DNA from: Perkinsus olseni
Taxonomy: Eukaryota
Assembly (NCBI GenBank): GCA_013115125.1
Contig: JABANN010000194.1
Span: 1-54,716 of the forward strand
Reading direction: 5' to 3'
DNA: 54,716 nucleotides
The position numbers and the translations under genes were made by a program. How positions within the stretch are numbered: position 1 is the first letter of the stretch; each line of letters starts with the position of its first letter. The notes below the pieces were generated by a model. The model was given only the letters and a program-made list of their open reading frames with translations, searched no databases and was not told where the DNA came from. This document shows, piece by piece, positions 20,179 through 32,300 of the stretch.

Positions 20179-22835
20179 ATGTGGAACGGGCCACCACCAG
20201 CGGCGGGGCCGATGCAGATGGGCGGTGGTCCTCCTCCACCGGGCTACTATCCGCCCAATACTCAGCAATGGCCAGGACCACCACCAATGCCGCCGCCGCA
20301 GCAGCAGCCCTTAGGGGGGTATCCACTCCCACAAGGCCAGGCTTGGCCTCCGCAACACCAACAGCAGCAGTGGGGAGGGGGAGGTCGTATGAGGGCTTGG
20401 AGGTCGTATACACGCATGTGGTCGATTTTTTAATTCGCTTGTTTCAGTGATGAAGGTCAGTCGCCGCCCCAGCAAGCGTTTTATCCGCCACCAGAGCATC
20501 CTTTGGGTAGTACCAAGAGTACTTCACCGCGCCCTCGCATGATGTGTGAATGTTCTTAGGTCCACCCCAGCAGCAGCGGCAGCCACCGCCATTGCCATGG
20601 CAACAGCAGCAGCATCCACCGAGCTACATGCCTCCAGCGAATCAGCAATTGTAGGGGGACTAATGGGCCTGCCTTCAATACATCATTGTGCTTCCTCAGT
20701 CCTTCACAGGTCCCTCCGATGCCTTATGTCGGCGGTCAGCAGCAGCAGCCCCCGCCTTACTCGCAGCCGCTACCCTATGCTCACCCCCCACCGCCAGCGC
20801 AGATGTCCTATGGCGGCCCACCCCCGCAGCACGGAGGGTTCATGCCCCCGCCACGGCCTCCACAACAGCAGCAACAGCCGATACCTCCACCGGCTCCCAT
20901 CGAGGAAAAGTTTTCTAAGGAGCTGCAGGTGGGTGGCTTCTAGTCTGCGGCCAGTCTGATGGCTTGAAGTGATCTTCAGGCGATAGCGGACAATTATCAC
21001 CTTCCGGATACTACAGCGAATCTGAATCCTCAGCTGGCGGCCCGCTACGGAGCTATTATAGTATCATTGGCAGGCGGGGTAGGCATGGAGGATGAGGTAG
21101 CGAGGTGAGATGGTGCTGTCGCAGGTACCGGCCAGTGACGACTCGATCCGAGATGCCGCTGCGTGGCTGCTAGAGAATCGTCAACAGACCAGTGCTATCG
21201 CTGCGTAGGATGCCGCGGAGTTGGTGATGGTGTGGTAGTATGACTGCAGGTCCTTGCTCCGGTCAATGCGGATGCCGAAGGATGGACATCACGCCATGAG
21301 CATGCTGTTCGTTATTCACGAGGTAGGCGGCGGCCGTCATGAGCACACTGTACAGTCACGGTCCGGGTAGGTCCTGCAGCGAACGAGCGGTCCCCAAGGG
21401 GTAGTGGTACGGGTGCTGTTGAAGAATTACCTACCGTGGATGTGCCGGGCTGCTTATGGTGCTTGCTACAATAGGAATTCGAGGAAGCCTGGGGTAGGTG
21501 GTCATTGTACCTGCGCTGGAGGGGACGGAAGGTTCATATCTGTGACAGCACGACCTCACCCCGCAGCAGAAGAACGTGACGCGGCTGATACAAATATGGA
21601 AGGACCAAGGTATCATTACTGCCGATGAGGCCAGGGACTTCGACAAGCTCGCCACGGAGGAACACGCTTTGTAAGACTACGCGGCCGTTAGTCTCGCCTG
21701 GTCTTTGCGCCGCCCATTGAAATCTTCAGCGGGATTCTGAGCTCTTGCGACAGGACTGATGCTGTTATCTAGTCGTGGCTCTTATTGCTGCCTTCTTGCG
21801 ATCAGTGCTAAGCCGCCGCCGGAGCCACCACTGTTGCTGCCCTCGATGATCTACGGAGGTCTGCATGGTGAAGGGTCGAAGGACACTGGCAAGAGGCACC
21901 AATATAGGACGTACGTGCTCTTGTACTGTCTATCTGTTCTATGTAGCACTTGCAGGCCTTCGGAGAAGTCCGATCCTAAAGCGGCGGCAGAAGCAGCAGC
22001 AGCGGCGGCCAAGGCCAAGCCCAAGCCTCCCCCACCTCTTCAAGGGTATTACTCCGATCGGTAAGCTTCATACCGCCTGTCGAGTTTTGGACCGACCCTG
22101 GGCTCTGGTCAGACCCGCTACGGCAGAAAATGTATCCGTGGGAGTGTTGGCCTCCCTCGTGAAGGCTTCCGGCCGGAGAGCCCGAGAGCAGCAGGTGAGC
22201 TCAGGAGACCTCGCTGGCGTCGACCAGGCTTCTCTACCCTGAACACCCAGGTCGCTGTTGTGCCCTACACTCCCCTGGACCCAGTAGTGCTGGCGATGGT
22301 GCCCCAGTACCTGTCGGCAGAGCCTCGTCCACCTGAGAGGGCTGTCGCGCTCATTGAGTCCCTCATACCGCTGAAGGACGACAGCGACTTAGGTAGGGAC
22401 GAGCACTGAGGAGGGTGCCCACCTCGGCCATGTTGGCCCTCTCTCAGAGTCCGTATCGTCGCGCTCCAGCAGTCCCTCGAAGTCCGGAACGAAATCGGAG
22501 TCTCGGTGAGTCTGCTGAGGCCTGTTATATCGAGGGACGTGGCTACTACGCTATCAGGTCAACTTCGAGGAGCCGAGAGTCTGCCCCGCCGGCGAAGATT
22601 CCGCGACGATCCAACTTCTCGGACGCTCCCCCTGTGATATCCGACTTTAACATTTCGGATCCTGTGGAGGCCTTCAGGTGAGGAGGAGGAGGAGGACTGG
22701 CCCCAGCTTGTGTCACTTCAATTGTGTTCTGCTTTCAACAGGGCCCGAGCTAAGACGAAGTACGTCAATATGTGTGAACACAATCGTCGAGCTACTCAGG
22801 AAGCTGCGGAAAAAATAGTCCACAGTGGCGAATGA
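20179..22835 (+). CDS. Pro/Gln-rich CID (CTD-interacting) domain protein, CHERP-like; multi-exon
   Basis: Pro/Gln-rich N-terminus. CID-like SIRDAAAWLLEN..MLFVIHEVLQ..VTRLIQIWKD. CHERP-like VGVLASLVK..PYTPLDP..RPPER. RS-rich tract and C-terminal DPVEAFR. Confidence 0.6.
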
Positions 22836-22975
22836 CGTGGTTTAGCATAGTCCTATCAAGTGTATTGTTTCGTAACATTATTATTATACTGTTCATAGAG
22901 AGGCGGCAGGAGTTAGTGTTGGTTAGAAGGGGGCGGTGATGTTTTGTACTCGATGGTGTCACAGTTGTTCTCATT

Positions 22976-25900
22976 ATGAGTCCTCGAGAGAAGCCAAAGA
23001 CCCCGGCTGAAATGGTAAGATCGGATTACTCCTGCCGGTGCCCCTCCAGCGTTAGCTCGTGGGGGTCAACTCTTCTGCTCAACTTTTCTCTGTTGGTTAT
23101 CGTTTTGACTCCTTGCCTTGGGTGCTCGTCTTCATCACCCTTTGGGTCATTCGATACTACGGATCATTTTACTGTTGATAGAACACTTGCCAGAACGCAA
23201 CTTGGCAGGGGAAATAATATCTGAATTTATGGAGAGTCTCGATAGAGGCTAGGGTCAACTACAGCGGAAGTGATTCGGTCGGGCGAGCGAGAATGGTCTC
23301 ACAGTGAGTGTTACGGGAGTTTAGAGGTCTCACACCAACAGGTTTATGGTGAGAGACAAGACTTTTTTTCTAGTGGGCTGGGTGACGGGACGGACCCGTG
23401 TGAAGTTCACACTGTGAACCGGGTACCAGTTAGACGGGTTCCTGTCCCTTGACCGAGGCCTTAGGTGGGGACCTAAGTGGCCCAGGTCCTCTCCACACCA
23501 CCAAGTCGACTAAGTTTGGTATTATATAGAAAGGGGTTACACGTGAGGATCACTGGAGCCATAGTTGACAGCAATAGAAGGACAACAATTCTAGCTATAG
23601 CTAGGGAATTAGGACGCCCTGTGTCAGAAACAGATCCTGCAGCACGCGATAATTTGGCGATATCAGTCTCCCGGGTTCTGTGTAGGTCGAGCGTCTTGAA
23701 GTGCCCAGTATATTCGACCGGCTGGCCGGGAGCTGTCCGGACTATCTGCGCTCATCAAAGACACACACGAAGAAGTCAGAGGCGGCTATGATGACGACAG
23801 CGGTGGAAGAGATTCTTGGGGACGCCGAGACGAGTGTAGCCCCGGATGGGTCGATAGGAATATGTGCTTCCTTCGGGCCACTCAGTGTATCGATTGGTCG
23901 AGAGTGGAGGGTCTCCAACAGAAGTTCTCCAAGGGGTCCAAGTCCCCTCAGCTGGACTACTGCGTGCAGGAGCCAGTCATCCTCAAGAATGGTGTGAAGG
24001 TAGCGTCTCTCATTCAGCTCCGCTACTCAGAATCTGGTTATCCTTTCTCGAACTGTCTCGCGCACTCGGACGTCGCTGTAGCGGTAGCATCGTCGTGCAT
24101 ACTGAGCGTCCATACCGCGATACATAGGTCCATATCCTTGGCGTGGTGCACTCCTCGGAAGCCTCGGCCTTAAACGTTGAGAAGGCGCTCGAGCAACTAG
24201 AAGTTAACTGTGTGGCTTTGGAGAGTGACTTGGCCAGGACTGAAGCACGACGGAAGTTCCAATTGCCGTTGATGGAGAGGTAGCTCCTATCGAGCGCGCC
24301 GGCCTACTGTGAGGGATTCACAGGGTTGCAGGTTCAAGGGGAAGTGGTCGGCGTTGACTGACTTGAAGGATATGGGAGGCCAAGGTGCCACATTCGAGGA
24401 AGTAGTAGCACCTCGACGGTCCTTCCAGTCGCCAGCTCTGTGCGTCGTTCCCTAGCTGGTTAGCGCTCGCCTTGTGAGTGTGTCTGGCAACGCTGAGAGG
24501 ACTCAATTCCTGGCAGCGTGTGGATCTGTGAGCGGCATGCCCGAGCTCACCGCCATTCACGAGGTGAGCTGTTGCGATAGCGGGCTGTGGTGTATTCTTG
24601 CTGGTCGTCGATGATGATAGACGAAACGACGAGGGCTGCCGCTTCACTCTATTGACATGCTAGAGACGCTCAAGCTAATCCAGAACAACGAAATGGAGAA
24701 GGCCAAGTGAGAGATACTTTTTCGTTCTCACTACCTTTCTGTTGTTCACAGGGACACCGCCAAGAGGATCGGCGATTTGCCGGAGAGCCTATTGAGGATG
24801 ATATCAGACGAACAGGTTCTCAGACTAGAGACGTTGATGGCCGTCACCCGCTCTGTCCTGTGCAGACCGTGTTTGAGACATATCTAAGGCTCATCTATGG
24901 CGAGGAGGCTGTTGCCAAGTGCGGAGCGAATCAGCTGGACTCTGCAGTCGCTTACAGGCAGGCTACTTCCAACGCCACGCTTGACCATTCCTCCTCCGCA
25001 CGCAGATTGGCCGAGCTGGAGCACCGGTCACCCCCACACGCTGACTTCTTGTTGGGAGAGATGCATCGCCTCTTCAGGCCAAAGTGGGAGCACACCATAA
25101 TGATGATGCCCTCGCATTCCTCTAGGTACTACCTCTCCCACGTTTTCCTCCGTGATGTGTTCATGGCCTACAAGATCGGTGCGCTCTCGAGGGAGCTCAG
25201 TGAGGGCGACGCCGTCCTCGCGGTAGTCGGCGGAGTAAGTACTGCTGATTCAGCTGAGTGGAGGAAGCTGCCTCTTTCGGCTAGGTGCACGTTCAAGGCA
25301 TCCGAGAACTGCTGTCCCAGGAGAATCCTCCGTGCGACATCCATGCGCTTGCGTGCTGCTTTGTTGATGCTGAGGTGATCGAGGGCATCTCGCCTCGCGT
25401 CGACCGTTTGACCAGTATTAGACCTGGGTGGCCTCTAGACGTAGTAGTGGTGATCATTCAGCGGGAGCAGAGAGGACAAGCGCACGGAGGCGAGCCACCG
25501 TGTGGTCTTTATGTGCTTCTCGCGCAGGTACTCAGAAGGGTGTGGATGGACGTATTCGAGATCGATTTGAGTGCAGCGGCCAGCCGTGGTGGCATGTTCA
25601 AGGGACGCCTCATGGTGCGTGCCGTCAGAATGCCGAGCCTCCGTGTGTTGGGATTGTGCTGTTGAGTCAGGTCCCCCAAGCGGATGAGGTAGAACAGCTC
25701 CGTGATGAGTTATTGAGGAGAATCTTCGTCCAAAAGCGAGTACAGCAGTGGGATGCTGCTGGTCAATGCTGGAAGAATGTGGAGATGAAAGAAGCGGAGG
25801 AGCCTGCTCAGGAGACGGGCGGCGTTGATTCTGCCGAAGAGCGGAAGGCCTATGGCGTGCTGCTGCTAGAAGGAAGGATCAATCCGTACCCGCTGGAGAT

Positions 25901-26055
25901 CGAGGTGTGTGGATGCGTGCAAAGCAACAGCGCTGCGCCCCATTATTCGATTGAATCAGAGCCAATCCGGTCGAATGGATGCAAAAACGGTTTCGCAGTG
26001 CGCAAGCCAGGATACTCCGCCGTCCAAGAGACAGAAAGTCAGCGGTGGCGCTTGA
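22976..26055 (+). CDS. TraB/PrgY-domain protein; multi-exon with a 671-nt first intron
   Basis: VHILGVVHSSEASALNVEKAL..CVALESD and LRDVFMAYKI..VLAVVGG-VHVQGIRELL match the TraB-family motif layout. Exon 1 (MSPREKPKTPAEM) joins in frame to 23686. Confidence 0.65.
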
Positions 26056-26282
26056 TTGCTATTGTGCTGATTGATGGGTATAATTTAAAGCATGTTTCTA
26101 GTATTGTGAAGTGCGCTTGGGTTGCAGGGGGCAGTATCGTAGCGGGGATCCGTTATGGGCTCGCGGGGGGTTCGTGCGTCGCGGAGTTCGGTTCGTCTCG
26201 GTCGTGTTCCGAACAGGTGCCATTGTGTGAACTACTCCGGCTAGCGCGCACCCGAAAGCTTGTTCACCATTTTCTCATATGA

Positions 26283-26750
<468 letters not shown>

Positions 26751-27438
26751 GCCTGTTGTGTGATGGTGGCTGTGAGGAAGACTATTGCCGAGTGCCATGG
26801 GACTTCCATTGACAGATTAATGTACTTTTTTGCTTTTCATAACACCACATCTATTTTATGGCGGATCTTCGTTGTATTACTCTTGAGTGATGTAAGTTGG
26901 GGTCTCTCACGCGCCCTAGTAAGTCACGCAGAGGGAGACAGAGTATCGAGTCGTTGTTATCGACTTGGACACTATGCAGCAGTAGAATGATAATTGCTGA
27001 GCTCATTGATAGAACGCTTGTACATTCACACCAGGGGAGTTGTGTTACCATTAGTAGCGTGGGGAGGGCCATGCTGAGGGAACGCTGCATGATGCACGCG
27101 TGCACACGAGTAGGGCGATTGTATGGGCGGGGGAGGACGGGTCGTAGTCAAGCAAACCCTTGTCTGCGTTATCAGAGGGAACTCCCCTAGGTCCCCGGGT
27201 AACTAACACAAGCCTTGGTGAATGCTGATACCATCAGTCTAGTAGCAGTAGTAGCAGTAGCCTCGTCCTCGTTGAGGGGAATGTAGTACAAAGGGCCCTT
27301 CTTGGCCCACCTTATCGTTTACTATACCAGCTTGCATCCAGTTACAGTCATAAATATGTGGGTGATGATGATGATGATACTATCAAAAAGCATTATAACA
27401 TACTATCATCTGCATAGATAAAAGAGTACATGCGGCTT

Positions 27439-27963
27439 CTAGGATCTGCCCGACCTGCCGCCCCCTCTACCGCCTCCCTTCTTAGCGGGGGCCTTCTTAG
27501 CAGCTGGGCTCTTCCTACCCGAGGCCTTCTTAGCAACAGTCTTCTTTATCGGAGGCGCCTTCTTTCCCTTAGCGGAAGGCTTCTTAGGTGATGTCTTCTT
27601 AGAGCTGGCGGAAGCCTTGGTGGTAGCCTTTTTCTTAGCCGCTGGAGCTGCCTTCTTAGGAGGAGCCTTAGCGGGCTTCGAAGGAGCCTTGGTGGGCTTA
27701 CTTGGGGAGGTCGCCACTGGCCTTTGCCCGGCGGCCAACTTGTAAGACGCTTTCGCCTGGGACACGATGCCGGTCTCCACGAGGGCCTTGAGGGACTTGT
27801 TCAGAGCTGTCCTGTTGTCAACGCCGTAATTGGACTTGATGAAGGCAGCGACAGCCTGGCGGCTCATCTTCTGAAACCCCCTGCAGGTCGCGAGGGCGTT
27901 CCTCACCATCTCATTGTAGGTTGGGTGAGGTGTGGGTACTTTCTTCGGGGATGCTCTTACCAT
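27439..27963 (-). CDS. H1: Linker histone H1 with winged-helix globular domain and Lys/Ala/Pro-rich tail (intronless)
   Basis: HPTYNEMVRNAL..MSRQAVAAFIKSNY..LNKSLKALVETG..SYKL matches the H15 domain layout. The tail has SPKK/SPSK motifs. Confidence 0.88.
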   Translation of the reverse strand: MVRASPKKVPTPHPTYNEMVRNALATCRGFQKMSRQAVAAFIKSNYGVDNRTALNKSLKALVETGIVSQAKASYKLAAGQRPVATSPSKPTKAPSKPAKAPPKKAAPAAKKKATTKASASSKKTSPKKPSAKGKKAPPIKKTVAKKASGRKSPAAKKAPAKKGGGRGGGRSGRS

Positions 27964-29355
27964 TGTTCTCTAAGGGAACAGTGACTCACTAAGAATGAAT
28001 GGGAATTAACCACCATTGGCCTTTGTGAGGCCACAAGAAAGGGCCGTGAACCGTTCTGCAATTTGCGCGTCACTTAGCTAGCACGCGTCGACAAGTTCCG
28101 CCTATCCTTTGAGATTGTGGGCCACTCGAAAGACTTTTAGCCCATCCACGAAGGCGCAGCCCTCATCAACTATCATCCCAGCTCTCGCCCTCCACCGTCC
28201 GTTATCAGCACTGAACCCAACAGCCGTCCGCGAGGGACACGGAAAATCGACACGCATGCGCGGACAGAAATTCCGCCCCGTTGCTAATCGGCCCTCATTC
28301 ACCAAGGCCTGCGTGTGTTCGTTCTGAACAAAAAGCACCGCGGAAGGGGCGAAACTCTTCGACCGGCGCAGCAGCCAGTCCGATGCTGACGCGGCCCAAG
28401 TTGGGCCGCCCAACAAAGATATCCTTTCCAGTGAGTGCGCCCAATTGGAGTAGACGCCGGCAGCCCCTCAAACCGCTACTAGGCGAAACTCCTGGTGGCC
28501 CACTTACACTCGCCTTCAAAGATCCCCGGATGGCGCTATGGCCAGACACCCTCCCGACGTAGCAGCTGTTCCTGAGCAAGCTGATGGGACTATAAGCGCA
28601 TGAAACTGCCCAGCCGTTTCAGCTGCTAGTTGTTCCAATAAGATACCAAGCGAAGATCCACCTGCCTAGTCCAACCGCCGATAACCTTCCTTCTCATATA
28701 GCTATACACAGGGGCCGTCCAGTACTCTGCAAGTACTCGTACCGCCCACCGGTGACGGAATGGTCCCCTGCGACCAGCCCAATGCGAAAGCGAATCCTTG
28801 GTCGACAGATTCCAACACCCACCTACCTTCACCATTCAGACAGCGACACTAAAGCTAAGATAACGACAACCACGGTACCTGATTTCGCTTCTACCTGCAA
28901 AACCATCGTACATGTCGTCACAATAGGGCAGGTCGCTGGTAAGAGTCCGTGGAGGGCCTCTGCTCTACCTCATCCATAGCTGGCAACGATCCGGGAAGCA
29001 GAGACTGCTGGGGTCCGTACAGGCGTGAGGGAAGGCTGCTGAAGGCGCCTGACTAGCCGTGGGATACCGCAAGTGAGGACCAGTGCAAGATCAAAGTTGG
29101 CAATGCCAGATGCCCAGAGCGTTGAGGAATCTCTAGAAAGGCCAAGAGCGCAAGTTGTGGTCTGCGTCGGTGGTCCGCAGTCGCCTTTGAATTTATTCGT
29201 AAATTGTGGTTCTTGAATGAATTCCGAGTTTCTTGGATACTCTCCCAGTATCGAGTTGAGTGCAGCCTCACACGTCAGAAGCCAGAGATGAATCCAGGGT
29301 TAGAGACCGGTTTGCTGCGCACCGCTCCGACTATCTCTCAGTAGACTAATCACCC

Positions 29356-32300
29356 ATGCTGGCTCCCATCCGTCCTGCGTCCTCAACTGGCTCTGAATGT
29401 GTGAGAGTATTCGTGAGAGTAAGGCCTCGAAGCCTGAAGGAGAAGTCAGGACCGACAGGCCCTGATGTGGTTGCGGTAGTCGGGGCTCCAGGCAACCTGC
29501 ATCGTACAGCGCTACCATCCGAAGGCGGCGTGAGCGTCGTGCTGTTGCCAGGTAGACGCGGGGGCCAAGACAGTCGCGGTTGGGGACCCCTCGAATGCCC
29601 AGAGTGAATCCAGCACTATGTAGCGCTCTTTCCGTACAAGGTCAGAAGACTGACCGGCGCACAGGTACTCCTTTGATGGGGTGTTTGGGCCGACTTCAAC
29701 CCAGGAGGAGGTGTTTAGCGCAGTGGGGTCCCAGGTCGCAAGTGCCTGCCTGGAAGGCTATAATGGCTCTATCTATGTGTACGGTCAGACTGGTAAGGTT
29801 GGTGGCAAAGGGAACCGGATGGAGTTGATAGTGGGTCTCTAGGCACGGGCAAGACATTCACGATGTTGGGGCCACCGAGGGGTCGAGGCAACGATCAAGG
29901 TACCTCCGTCCATTCCTTCATGCTAGTTCTATTGGGGCCTAGCAGGACTGAGAGGTCTGACCAGTCGGATAATAGAGAGTATCTTCCACCAGCTGAAGAT
30001 GAAGCAAAGCGACTCCGAAGGGACCTTCAGGTAGGGGGGCGCTCGACACCCCCTGTCACTCTGGCCCAGTTACATGTGCACGATAAGCTGCGTTGAGATA
30101 TACAGGGAGGCTCTGACGGACTTGTTCGACCATACTGGGCAACAGCTCCAGCTGAGGGATGACATCAGGAAGGGAGTCAGCAGCCTTGCCAGGGGAATGG
30201 ACGACTCACTGCTGCCCCCCGTAGGTGTATGTGGACGGACTGAGCGAGCACACAGTGTACGACAATAAGGAGGCTGAGCTCATCGTCCGCCGTGCGTTGG
30301 TCAAACGGCATGTGAGACTTCGTGGGTCACTGGGTATCATCAGCTACTGAGTTGTTGCAGGTTGGATCAACGGTGATGAACGACGAGTCGTCTAGATCCC
30401 ACTGTGTGGTCATGCTACGCGTAGCAACCAAGCTCATACAAGCGGGTGGGCAGGCAGGCAGGGGAGGGCACTCTATGTTGGTAGTCTGTGTGTATTAGGA
30501 GGAGTAACTCAGACCAAGGAGTCCAGGCTCAATCTGGTGGACCTGGCTGGCAGTGAGCGTCAGCCCAGCAGTAGTCATGGTCGTAGCAGCAGCAGCAGCG
30601 GAGCGGAGAGCCAGGCCAGGGTCAAGGAGGTGCGGTGTCCGTCAACTGTGTGTGGGCGCCGCAGTGCCTTTTTCGTAGGCGGGAGCCATTAACAAGTCCC
30701 TATCAGTCCTCACCAGCGTCATCTACTCGTTGAGCAAGCCTCGAGCTGCTTCTGCCAGGTGACCCAGGCGACCAAGGCATCAGACCGGCCCAGTGTTGGC
30801 CCATCAGGCAATCCACTTTCACGCACTTCCGAGACTCCAAGTTGACCTTCCTCCTTCGTGACAGCTTGGGAGGGAACAGCGTTACCAGCATTATTGGTAG
30901 TACCCGGTGCTGAAGCAGCTGTGCAGGAGGGACGCTTAGCAACGATATCGCCATTGGCTGCCAACTTCGGGGAGACCTTGTCGACCATCAAGTTCGCTGC
31001 CCGCGCCAAACGCATCAAGTGCCAGGCTGTTCTCAATGAGTCTCTCACTGGAACAGTGGAGTCCCTGACGGTAATAGCGTCATAACATTGATGATTGGTG
31101 GAGGAAGGTGATCCATAGGCTGAGTTGGAGACTGCGAGGAGGCAGCTGGCTGCTTTGACGGCAGGCCAAAGCCAGCTCAGAGTGTCTCCTACCATACCCG
31201 ATGGTGGTACTGGGGCGCTTGGTACTGGCCGAGGAGGTGAGCTTAAGCTACGTGGACCGTGCTGGTATAACAACGACGGTAGGATCCCCGGCTAGTACTG
31301 AAGGGGAGGGAAGTGGAGCCAGGCCAGGGGAAGGGTCATCAGCCTTGAGGCGGAGAATAATAAGCCTGCAGATTCTACTCGCTGGTGAGGATCTTTTCTG
31401 AGGAGTGCTGCTTCTACATGGAGGGATGGACGGCAGGCTCATTGGCCAGAGAGAGGGAGTTGGAGGAAGTGAAGGCTAAGCAACAGAAGTGGGCCGTCTA
31501 CTGGGAGGAGACCGCCAAGAGCCTTCAAGCGTAGGCCTATGCCGCTGTAGTCGGTGTTTATGACGGTCCCAGGTTCGAGGAGGCCGGGAGGTCCCTCACT
31601 GAGCTGCTCGCCAAGGGTCAAGCTGGTGACCACTGGCCGACTGTATCTTAGGTTGACTCTTGCATTAGGTGAGAACGGCGGCGGTGAGACTGAGGTGGTG
31701 GTAGAGGACCGGGAGGAGGAGATACGACTGCTGCGGGCTTTGGTGAGGTCCTCCTTGGGGCAGTGTGTTGAGGCAGACCGGGGCAGGTCGAGAACCATCC
31801 CGAGAAGGCAAGGCGTGAGCTGTTGGAGTTGGAGCTACAGCAGCAGGTGGAGGAGAATGCAGCATTGAAGAGGGAAGGGAAGGAGATGCGGCAGGAGCAT
31901 GAGGCACAGCTGAGGGCGGAGAGACGACGGAGGCAGAGTACCGAGAGTACTGCTACCATGCTGGCTACTGCCGATGGTGGGGACTCGCCCTGCTTTGGGG
32001 GCTGTATGCTGTCTTGGTAGGTCTTAGTAGGACTCTACGTAGCGGTGTCCTGCCTGGGCGAGAGAGCGGGCAGACCGTAGCGACTGGGGGAGGGGCGACG
32101 GGCCTTCGGTGGGGGGGGGGGAGGCAGGCTTGTGCCTGCTGTCAGACTGGTGTTAGATTCATCACGGACAGCGGATCTGATGGCTCGCCACATAATGAGT
32201 CGGACTTTACTGAGTCTGATGCTGAGTCCATGGACGGAGTGCTGCACCTTGGAGACACTGGTAGGTGGTGGCGGTCTCCCCAGCATCGTCTAGGTGGGGC

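Noticed and set aside
28000-29350. Short ORFs in the H1-kinesin divergent spacer
   Set aside because: Overlapping short ORFs on both strands with no motifs. I could not support a gene or RNA here.
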